A stretch of DNA of 64,000 nucleotides from Lingula anatina (taxonomy: Eukaryota > Animalia > Brachiopoda), in the NCBI GenBank assembly GCA_051362555.1, contig CM120641.1, positions 47,436,401 through 47,500,400 on the forward strand. The letters run 5' to 3'. The translations under genes were made by a program, and so were the position numbers. Below the pieces are notes generated by a model. It did not search any database and had not been told where the DNA came from. It saw only the letters and a program-made list of their open reading frames with translations. Positions 28,301-39,100 of the stretch are shown in pieces; position 1 is the stretch's first letter; each line of letters opens with the position of its first letter.

Positions 28301-30257
28301 GGTAATGTTTGAAATTGTCAAGAAATCTAAGGGCTTTTGTCACATCACACTTTTAATGTAGACTCTCCTGTATATGGAGTAAACTATGATAAACCCAGTT
28401 AATAGCAAGTGCTTTTCATTTATAAAATGTCTGGTAATTTGACTAGCTCATGTCCAATCCAATCAACTAGGAAATATTAAAATCTTATTTAGATTATCTT
28501 ATTTTAGACATTATTTAATTGAATATATCCTTTTAAAACGTAATAATTATATATAAGTTATTGATTTAATATTCTTTTTTAACTTGATGCAGAATTCTAT
28601 ATTTTGCCTTATTTTCTAGGGAATAAAGTTTAAAAGGATTGGTGGCCCCACCCCAAATGACATAATTAAAGCAGCAGCAAAAGATGCAGCAAGGTAAGAC
28701 TTCAATAGATTCATGATCTGAATAACAGCGCTTAGATGTGTAAGAAGATATTACCAACATTAATAACTGAAATGATTTAAAAACATTTTTTGTCAGTTGC
28801 ACCACTTCTGTTTAGCGTAGGAAAATGAAAAATGCTGAAAAATAATTTCAGGTCTTTGGATGATGTCGGAGAAGAGACCCTCCAAAATTTCACTTCCTCG
28901 GCCAGGGAGTTGATAGAGGAGAAGGGGGCAGAGAGGGCACTGGCGGCAGCTCTGGCGGTCATCTCAGGGAGTACTAATATTGTCGCCAGATCTCTGTTAA
29001 CTTCTCAGGAGGTGAGTTCATATGGAAAACTTCAATAATAGTTAATATGGAATACTTCAATTATAGTTAAATGGGATGCTGTAATAATAGCTAACACAGA
29101 ATTCTTTAATAATGCAACAAGCTAGATTGGTGCTGTAAAGTTTAAAGGGGTCGTTATCTTACGTATATGCAAAGTACAGTGTGTGACAAACTGGTTTAAT
29201 TGATCAATTATAAAAATTGCAGAAATAGTGCTTTGATAAAATTAAGTTTGATCATTGTAAACATGTGTCTGATATGTCCAAAATTCAGGCAGAGTTTCTC
29301 CACCCTTATCCAGAGATATTAAATACAGTGGAAAACTTTAACATCCATTTGTGATGCTGACTTACATCTTATGTTGTAGGGTTACACCACATATATTTTC
29401 CGCACCAACATTGAGATGCGCGGCACAGGTTATGCATGGAGAGGCATAGAGCAGCAGCTCACTCCTGACATGAAGGAGAGCATCAAGGGAATGAGAATGT
29501 GCAAAGATAGAATGGTGAGTGGGGGAATTCATTTAAAGTTTACAAAAGTCTTTTTCAAAAACTGTATTGTAAGTTTTTCAGGTGTTAAAAATTAGCTTTT
29601 ATTGAATAGATTAAAACTAAGGATTAGGTATGAGTTACTTTAGCTACTTTTAGACTTATTTTATTTATTTTACATATTTATTTTCATTTTTTGCTTGTTT
29701 TGATTTTGATAGGTGTTTGGCTTCTGCATTTTGTAAAGTACCAGATCAGGTGTCTATATTATTTATTTTAACCATCTCACATTCATTCAGTTCAGTTCTG
29801 AATTGGTATGTAGATAATCATATGGCCATACAATATAATAAGATAATATGACTGGGCCATTGCTATTCTGTAATTAATACAATCGAAATTTCTCTAATTC
29901 TAGGGGTGTGTGTTTGACCTGCCATCAGAACACGACGAGTTCATAGCCCAGAACTGGCAGGATGGGAGATATGACAGCTTGACCGTGGCCACAGAGCTGC
30001 CCGAAATACTGGACAGTGCTGGGGGAGGGGGCGGCCAGTACGGGAGTGGACAGGGGAGGGGCTTCCAGAGAAACGGAAGTTTCAACGGAGGTCAGAGAAA
30101 TGGATTTGGTAACAGAGGACGATTTGGAGATAGAGGGCGAGGTCAAGGTCGCGGCAGGGGTCAAGGACGAGGTCGGGGATATCAAAGAGGAGGATTCAGA
30201 AGCTTTGGAGCTAGTAATGGGACTCCCCAAAATAAGAAAACGACTTTTGATGACTGA
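22376..30257 (+). CDS. DDX21: Nucleolar RNA helicase 2 (DDX21/DDX50 family DEAD-box helicase), 14 exons
   Basis: Exons 22376-22456, 24396-24648, 24824-24907, 25136-25155, 25336-25410, 25619-25736, 26278-26463, 26794-26963, 27300-27506, 27994-28218, 28620-28693, 28852-29011, 29380-29514, 29904-30257. Lys-rich N-terminus, Q motif LFPIQ, ARTGTGKT, APTRELA, GTPGR, DEVD (typical of DDX21/50), [26 protein letters not shown]-like region and an RG-rich tail. Confidence 0.95.
22590..22717 (+). repeat. Two-copy tandem repeat, 69-bp period, in DDX21 intron 1
   Basis: atgggtcttagtcggtca(a/t)atatttctggcgtatgg(t/c)tgacaaataaaatggttattatt occurs at 22590 and 22659. Confidence 0.9.
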
Positions 30258-30802
30258 TTTTCTCTCTCAGGTACAAATAAGACATGGAGATCAGTCTTTG
30301 CTGCCCCCCACTCAGCACTTATTTATTTAATAAATGGTGGGACATGTTTTCTGATGTAAATAAAGTCACACAGAAAGATTGGTGCAAAATTTGAAAAAAA
30401 TTGGCCGCCCAGAGTTGTCTACATATTGTTAAAACTCTGATTTGTTGACTTTGGCAATAAAATATACTATTGTCCCTGTATAAATAAACTAATTTATAAC
30501 TGAAACAATGTTGCAATTTACAGTTTATAAAAGTAAGTTATATGTTTATCCATATTGTACATTTTATCTGTATTACTTGATAATCTTCATTATGAAGTAT
30601 GAATGGTAAAAAATTCTGCATGGAATATGCTAGCTGTAAAATAAAGCAAGCTCAGAAAATAAACTCCATGAACATTTTATATGTATGTTTTTTAATTTGA
30701 TTTACTCAAAGTTGCACTAATTTAGTAGACAAAAATATGTCAGTATAGAAGTAGTATGAAATTGATCTGCTAAGAATTGAGTTTAATGTGGCACTATGTA
30801 TA

Positions 30803-32241
30803 CTGACAGTCAATGAAAATGCATCCGAAAACTTTCTTGTATTTTTTTTTACCGAGAATCGATTCCAACCATTTACAGGCCTACCCAACTACCAGACTCG
30901 GCACCTACGGATCCAGAATAAACCGGTATATCAGACCACACTACCCGTTTGCAAGGTGTGTGTCAGATCGCATTACAGAGTATCAGCCACCACACCGATT
31001 TTGCCTGGTGCGCGATGTGATAGCGATGATCCTAGTAATAGATAGACCCCGAGTCAGCGAGGGTTATGTGGCATACACGAGTGCGAAGCACGAGTGGATG
31101 TCACATAACCCTCGCTGACGAGGGATCTATCTTATTTAGACCACGGGTCCATTAGCGGGTTATAACGCATTCATGCGAGACGTGCGGTTATGCGAGTTAC
31201 ACCACGTCGGAATCTTTTGTTCTTCACTTCCACCGTGGTCTAAAGCGGGGTTGGAAAGTAGTGCATCTCATCTAGATTCATGTGCTGCTGCAATTGTCCC
31301 TGTTTATGCTAAAAATCTGACAATACCGCAATTTTTAACAAAAAATTTAGGTTCGAACATAGCCAATGATGTTTTGTAAATAAGAACTTGCAAACTTATA
31401 TATTCATTTAGAAAACTAGACCTAATTTTGATAGCGGAAGCATATTCTGTCGGGGGTTTAATATTTTCTGGACAAGATTCAGTGAGTCGTCTGTCGCCAT
31501 GTTGTCACTCGGAACTACTCCGATGTCTCCGCACTCGACAATAGTATGGAGCTTGCGGAATGAGCCGAGGATTGCCGATTTCCATGTTGTTGTATTCATA
31601 CGACTCCTACTTGACGAAAACGAGGCGCGATACCCGGATGACAGGTAGGCTTACAAAATTTGTGATGGGGTATGATACTCTGTAATGCGATCTGACACAC
31701 ACCTTGAAAACGGGTAGTGTGGTCTGATATACCGGTTTATTCTGGATCCGTAGGTGCCGAGTCTGGTAGTTGGGTAGGCCTGATTTAAATGAGTACCAAT
31801 GCACTTGTTTGGTCATAAGAGAGTGGGCTGTCCACTCAGATGTTTAAAATTTCTGCATCAGTGATTTTGTGACCAGCTGTTACAAAATCATGTTTTTCCT
31901 GTCTCGTGATTGGTGTGAATTAATCAGGTTCAATATATGGTGATTAATTAAGCCTATTTAAGGTAGTCACCAAATCCAGTGTGACACATGACAAAAAAGT
32001 ACAGTGATGCCAAGTCTGACACTAAAAGAGTGACTGCGGGCCCTGGGGATGCTGGAGGATGGGCGGAACCAAAGAGATTTGATTACCTGACCTTGCATTT
32101 TAATGATCTTTTCTGACCTTTATTTCACCTTGTGTAACTGAATAATGGGTCATATTTCACACGTAAACTTATTTTCTTAATATGCCAAAGGAACAAAAAT
32201 ATTGTTTGATAAATAAATGATGCGTTTTCATTGACTGTCAG
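30803..32241. mobile_element. Non-autonomous Tc1/mariner-type TIR element (outer element of a nested insertion)
   Basis: 23-bp TIR ctgacagtcaatgaaaa(t/c)gcatc at 30803-30825 and 32219-32241, TA on both flanks, no coding capacity. Confidence 0.75.
30876..31782. mobile_element. Non-autonomous DNA element with ~108-bp TIRs and apparent 5-bp TSD (ATTTA), nested in the previous element
   Basis: caggcctacccaactaccagactcggcacc...cagagtatca at 30876-~30984 is almost perfectly inverted at ~31673-31782. ATTTA lies at 30871-30875 and 31783-31787. Confidence 0.85.
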
Positions 32242-33183
32242 TATATATATATATATATTATCTGAAATTTGTTTGAAGTCAAGTAAAGCTCGAATATTAT
32301 TGAGTCCAAGAAAGTGAGTAGACTACATGTACTTTCTTCTGTAGCCAAAGCAGTAAACATGGATCACCGTCAAGACAGATTTTTTTTCATATATTTTTAT
32401 TCTTTAAATGAAGTATAAGTTGACACAAGACCAAGTTTAAATCTCTTTCAAACTTGATCCACTGGTATATTTATGTACAAACAGCCCAGACTTTGTGGAC
32501 CTATCTAATATATTAGTATTGAATATCACATATACCACAAAACAATGATTTTATATTTTAAGACAAGCAGTCTGTTCAGTGAGTCCTTAAAGCTTTTATG
32601 GGCATTTTTTAAGTCCAGCTTAAAGTTAACACAACAATTTCATGTCTACAACTACATCTAGAATATGGTTTACATTTTTAACAGTACAGCTGGTAACTAT
32701 ACATGTATGTATATTTCTTCAGAAATATTCATTTTCTGTGGAAAAAAAGGAAAAAAGCCAAAGCATTATACTTAGTTTGGTAAGAAATGCACTCAGTCTT
32801 CTGTCATATAAGGATCGTGTGAGTTGAATTCAAAATTTCAAAGTTACATCTAAAGAAAAAAAAATCGATCAGCTATTTCAAATGGCTGCATCTTTATCCA
32901 CCAGAAAGTCAATGTCACTATACAACATCACTGGCAAAGCATGTGAAATGCAAAAAAGAATTAAAAGAGCCCTTTTATAATGTTTTTGAAGCAGGTTAAT
33001 GTGCATTTGCTGTTCTTACTATTGCACAGAGTATGGCATATATACAGCTGCACAAGGAGAATCACTGGTAAGAATGACACAATGGTCAAGTGATCATCTT
33101 GTACTGTCTATGTACAGTTTATTTACAGCTGTCAGTTTCTGTTGCATTGTTTGATTTGTTGGAAATGTCATTTGTACCGAGTG

Positions 33184-36100
33184 TTACTTGACGTCCGCCT
33201 GGACGGAGGTGAGTGTGACGAAGTCGTCGCAGTTGTTGGCCATGGTGGTAGGCAAGGCTCTGGAGTACTGGGAGTTTTCTAGGATGTTCTCTCCAATGCT
33301 GAGATTCACATCAATATCTCCAGCTGAAATGAGAATATATCTGGAGTTTAACTGTCACTGCTTATATAAGGCTTTAATTATCATATTAAAGATAGTCACA
33401 GACACTTTTTGCCTTGTTTCGGATGAAAATGTCATCCGAAACATTAAAGAATATTTATGTTTAGAACAGTGCTTTACAAGGTTGTTCTAATAATACGTTT
33501 TATTTCTTAATTACTGATTTTAACTGTTAATTAATAAAAAAATGGTTAAAGTCACTCACCAGGTACTTCGACTTCAAAGGCGGGGGTAGCAAGGTGGTTG
33601 CTTTCCATCTGGACTTCTGTCCGTGTTGTTACTCTAGCATGAAAAATTGTAGTGGTCGGAAAGGAAGGTGGGGCATTTGCGGATACTGAAAGGGGATTAA
33701 AATATTAACATGAATAGGAAATTCAGTATATGCACGGTAGACTATAGATTAAAATAAGACTTATAAATAGTTATTTAATTCAACAGATGTAATTTACATA
33801 AACAAGATGATGGGAGTCGTCAAATAAATGACAAACACGCTGTAAAATCCACACCGATGCATTACCAACCCTGTATTGCAGAATGACTTATTTATAATTT
33901 AAAAAAAAAGATAACTCAAAAAAGAATCAAAACATCCTGTTTTGCCCACCTGTAGAGTTCACATAGTAGTCCTTGCCGCCGTCCCCCTCTGTGTACCGCC
34001 AGGAGTCCGGCTGTTCAAATGGACTGGTGGTCCCCGGGCTGCTGGTCCTCTCCATCTCGTCTATCATCTGGAACAACACATGGAACACATGATAATAATA
34101 ATAATAATTATAATAATAATGTTGTTTACTGAGCACTCAATATGCCAATAGCTTGACATTTGCTGGCCCATTAATCTACGAAGAAAAGTATATATACATG
34201 TAACAATAATGGATATCATAACACGACATAGGCTATCAATATCAATCAGCATGTGTCATATAATTGTTAGCTTAATACAATAACTTAAGTGCAAGTGATA
34301 TTTTAATTACTGTATCGTATTTTCAGGAATACAAGGAGTTATTACTGGCACTCATTTTAATAAAAAAAATGACTACTTTCAAATGAGACATGGTTGGTAG
34401 TTCTACGCATCGATTTTCTGCTGTGGAAAAGCAGAACTCATTTTGAGCATCACGATGTTTGAAATAGTGAACACATTTTATATTGTGCATTGTAATTTAG
34501 TCTACAAAGTGTAATAAAACAAATTCCAATAACCAAAAAAAAAGGTATTTTCACTATTCGTAGGCCTACCTCCACCAGTTGTTCATCTGTTAGGTTGCTG
34601 TCAGTGTCGCTGGAACCATCAGCATCATCGTTCCCTGCCCTCAGGTTGTCCTGATATTGCGGCAAACCGTCATTCCCTCTGCTCATCTCTCTCTTTAAGT
34701 TCACGTAGGGCTGTACGGCCATGCTGTACGTGGTGCCTGCACCCCTGGCCGAGGTATCATACAGTTGCCCCCCGCTGTTCAAAGCGGTGTTAAATGTCAT
34801 AACGGTAGCTGGGTTACCACCTGAATAATAGAAGAGAAGCAAATTTTGATGAATTATTGCTATAACCGTAGCTAAGGGTGGCTGTAGTGCGAGAAATGGT
34901 GGGAGGAGGAGAACGAGGTTTGCCATAATGGGATTGTAATCCAAATCTAAAGTGTGGTCGGTTCACTTTGATGTTAAAATAGACTTTTAATTTCTAGTTT
35001 ATATATCCTTTTATTTTAAGAACAACCCTGGCCATCCAGGTAATCGCTTTTATATACTAGGCGGAGGGCACCTCGTCCCTGCCAGCATACGGGCACTTTT
35101 ATAAAAGTTTTTTTTAATTCAAATGCCCTCAAACCGCTGTGAATTTATTGCTCTTGGACACAAGCTTTCCAGGAAGGTATTTTAGGCGAATTTGATCCTA
35201 TTGCATACCAACGTAGAGCATTAGTGCAATCGTGTTTCTTTTGTTTGGTGTAACACGCACCACGGCCTTCACACATATATGGTTTAAAAAGGTTAGAAAA
35301 TTTTTCAATCTATAAAAGGTATTATGCCCAGTCATCTTTTGTGTACTTAATGCGTCATTTTATACACATTTCTTTCAATAAGCGATCAGTTATTGCAACA
35401 AATATAAGTTAATGCGAGTTGCGTTGAAAGATATTTTGGAAATTTCCAGTCTATATTTAGATAAGTGAGTCACCCACTGATAAAGGGGGTCAGTGGGCAT
35501 TATCCTGGACCACATTATCACACAGGAAAAGGATTTCATACCCTGGGGATGACTCAGAAGGCCAAGTTTGCATGACATAAACCTTACCGTATTTGGTCAT
35601 AGAAAACTTGAGGGTTTTCCAAAATCTGTCCCCTCTTTAGTTCCAACGATTTAAGCTATCCGTTTAAAATGAACATCAATGACATGACAGATTCACCATC
35701 TGTCCCTCCAGTTTCTTTGTAAATAAGATTTACTACTGGAAAACCGCAGTCCAGACTACCATGCTCCTGACAGAGTGGGCATGCTTACCCGCGAGCATTA
35801 CAAACAAAAATCCGTTTGTTCCGACATGCTTGGTATCTTTGGTCATCCTTCCCTTAAAGATCTAGCTCTTGTCTCTATATATTGTTTTTTAGAAACGCTA
35901 AAACAACAAGGAAGGTTGCTAAAGGAACAAAAAAGCTACCTTAAAATATGTTACCAAACAAAGTACAAGGAAGATATCAGTTCACCTATATCATCCTCTG
36001 ACATGTTAGTGATCTGTATGGATTGAGCTTGAAATTTTTCAAACTTTGTTCACTAAATTATTTGAAACTACAGAGTCATTCAGCTCATGCTTATCATTTT

Positions 36101-39100
36101 TTTGTCATTTTTTTAGTATTTCAAGTTATATTTTGTGAATACCAACAATGCTAAAGGATCACGGTTTAGAACACGTTCAGATTAGACTTCTTATGTCATC
36201 ATTCCATGTCCTTTGAAACTTTTTTTCAAATCAAAATACGTGAAATTTGATATGGGGTATATATATATATATATATGTGTGTAATTTTCTACCCCGCCTA
36301 CATATACTGAAAGTATTCCTTGTCTAACCTGTCATCTACCCGGTTATTAATTTTTTTTGGTCTCTTATCAGCGTTTCTTGATCGGACATACAGTGCGTAG
36401 AACGTGCGTTTTTTGTGCACGCAATGCCAAGTATTTCACGGACACGTGAATCCCTTTGCCACTGTTTGTATCTCCACCTCCACTTGTCAATGCAACTTCT
36501 ATTCTTTGTAGCTTTATGACAAATACATGACACTTTGAGAAATAAGCTTGTATGCCAATCGGATGATAAAACATTCCATTTATAAAGAAATGTAACTCTG
36601 GGTAAGTTTACCCTCTGATATTGGGGACATCTAGAATAGAATACAAAATTAAAGTATAGGACAATACAATAATTTTGTAACAGACTACTAGCGGACCCAG
36701 TGGTCAGAGAGAAGGGTCTGTTTTGGTGTCAACACAACACTGAGACTCTCTTACACGTTCGCCAAGAATAAAAAAAACAGGGAGATAGGAAAACTGAGGG
36801 TGAAAACCCTCATATCAGTAGTGCAGGAACAGTGATCGCATTTGTACATGGTTAAAGACTAAAGAAGGATGCTTACAAAGCATGGCAATTTTTAACGGAT
36901 CTTATTGAAAAAAAAAAAAAGAAACTCTAAATCAGTGTGTAATTTACCTTGCGGTGCAGTGTAGTCGTGATCGGGAAGCGGACCGTTGGAATATCGACAC
37001 GTGTTCCCCAAACTCTCTTCCTCCTTCACAGCACTTCCCGGGGCAGAGAGGGAGCGATGGCGACTGTTTTCTAAATACTTAGTGTACGCTGCCGGCTTGC
37101 CGTTCCCACCTCGGTACTTTTTATACTGGGCGTGGTTAGCCTAAATAAAATAAGTTTTTTAAATTGAAATATTGCAAAATACTTTAATGCATGAACTTTT
37201 AACACATTTTTGTTGCTAAACCTTAAAAGATTGTAAGAGCAAGACACCTGCCAGTAAAAGTATTGTGCTTTCTAAGTCAGTTACCACCAATTACCGGCAG
37301 CAAGTTCGTTCTTTAAAGAAATACAGCTCGATTTTTGGTCACGCCCTACTTGCTCTTCTTCAACTGTGACACAAGGAAGGCGTTTCCTTCTTGCAACCCC
37401 CTTCCCCAAGGCTACGTACCGAATGAGATGGGTCACTAAAGCTCCGTGCATAAACGTTTCCTCTTGGTGGCACATGGGCATCAGTCATTTCACAAACGTT
37501 GTATTTAGATTGCCCTACAGGATAAATGGAAATCATACTTGTATTTTTCTAAAATAAAAACCGTGCAATAATGAGCCAATTCCTTATATATTTAAATTCG
37601 TATAAATTTGGCCATTTTCTAAATCAGTATCATTGACTGTTGTTACAGTGCCGCCGGAATCTCCCCTTACTTACCCTCCGGGTCGCTGCGGGTTGTACGG
37701 ACGGCCTGGCTCGGTTACTATGGAAATAACATTGTCATCCATACGCTGTTTGGTTTCTGTTAACAATAGTTCCATACCCTGCCCGTCGGGCAATTATCGT
37801 GACAAACTTTCTGCTAACAAAAGAGCCTAACCCTAGCTCGCTGAGATAAAGATCGAAGGTGAGCGTGGTCGCAATTAAGTGTTCGTCTAAGCGTTAATTT
37901 ACCTTTAATGCGCGGTGGCTTCACTCTACTTTGATCACTCTACTCTGATACGGAGATTTTAAGTATAAGAACTTGCCAACAGTGATTTTTAAAAGTCGCT
38001 TTACCAAAAAGATTCGGTGATGACAGCAATTTTCGTGTACATTGTAGTTATGAATTGATTGAATTTACATAGAGTTTAATAAATGAATTTATGAATTTAT
38101 TAAAGATCAAATAAAACACTACTTGTACATGTAATATTTATTAGGCTTCAAACGGTCTTTACTATATACATATTATTAACAAGATTGAAATTTATTTTTA
38201 AAGTATGTCCTTATATTGCTATTAGTTTTGTTCATAGACGAAATGCATTTTTTCCAAAAAGACTTGTCAGTTGTTTCAGTGATAAACATTTTGTTAGCCA
38301 TATCTTTAATATATAGTTCAGTCTATATTTGCATATAGGATCTCTCCCATCTACACCCGTATCATTTCTGTCCTTTCGTATTCGTTCATCAACAGTAAAC
38401 AACCTTCCCATCAACTGAACGCAAAAGTTGCCTGGGGAACTGGCCCGTTGTCGAATTTCGAATATTTCTTTATTTGACAAGGCGACGGGTGGCCGGCCGA
38501 AAGACTGATTCCTTGATTCTGTAGGACACAAAGTAGGAAATGTTTCTCTATCATTGTTTGATATGTAATTCAAACCGATAAGAATAGTTCATCTTTACGA
38601 TCTAAAGCCCAAACTTAACCAAAAGCCTTCTTCATACTTAAACGCATCAAAAGAAATTAATTAAAAAAACTGGATTACAACCTCTCGGGCTAACTTCACT
38701 GGTTGGCACGTGTCATCTCACATTAATTAACAATCAGTTCAGGTTAGCTTTATTCTTGCTGGGTAAACACAGTGATTAAGCCCTGACTATTACATAATCA
38801 CTACTGTGTGACACGCGTCGTCTAAAATTAATGTTAACATTGCGATGACGCTCTTCAATCCAAACTAATCAATTGCACATAATTCTAAATCAACTGACAC
38901 GTGTCAACAGGATTGTTTGTGTATCTGGACTTCCTAAATGGCCAATAAGTATTTTGTTTAATATGACATGTTTATGTCACTGATTTCCATGCCATCGTGT
39001 CACCTGCCAAGTGAACGGTATAAATCGACACTCAAATTTTCCAAATCATCACAATTCCAAGATGCCTCTTAGCGATTACGTGCGTTTGCGTATCATCGCC

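Noticed and set aside
24908-29903. Box C/D or H/ACA snoRNAs in DDX21 introns
   Set aside because: No convincing RUGAUGA...CUGA pair with a terminal stem was seen by eye; a covariance-model search would be needed.
30788-31816. Mirror-image ORFs sharing GLPNYQTRHLRIQNKPVYQTTLPV
   Set aside because: Produced by the long terminal inverted repeats of a non-coding element.
37281-37481. ORF MPMCHQEE...ELAAGNWW as an IRF exon
   Set aside because: No phase-compatible donor; the exon 37514-37420 in another frame links the flanking exons correctly.
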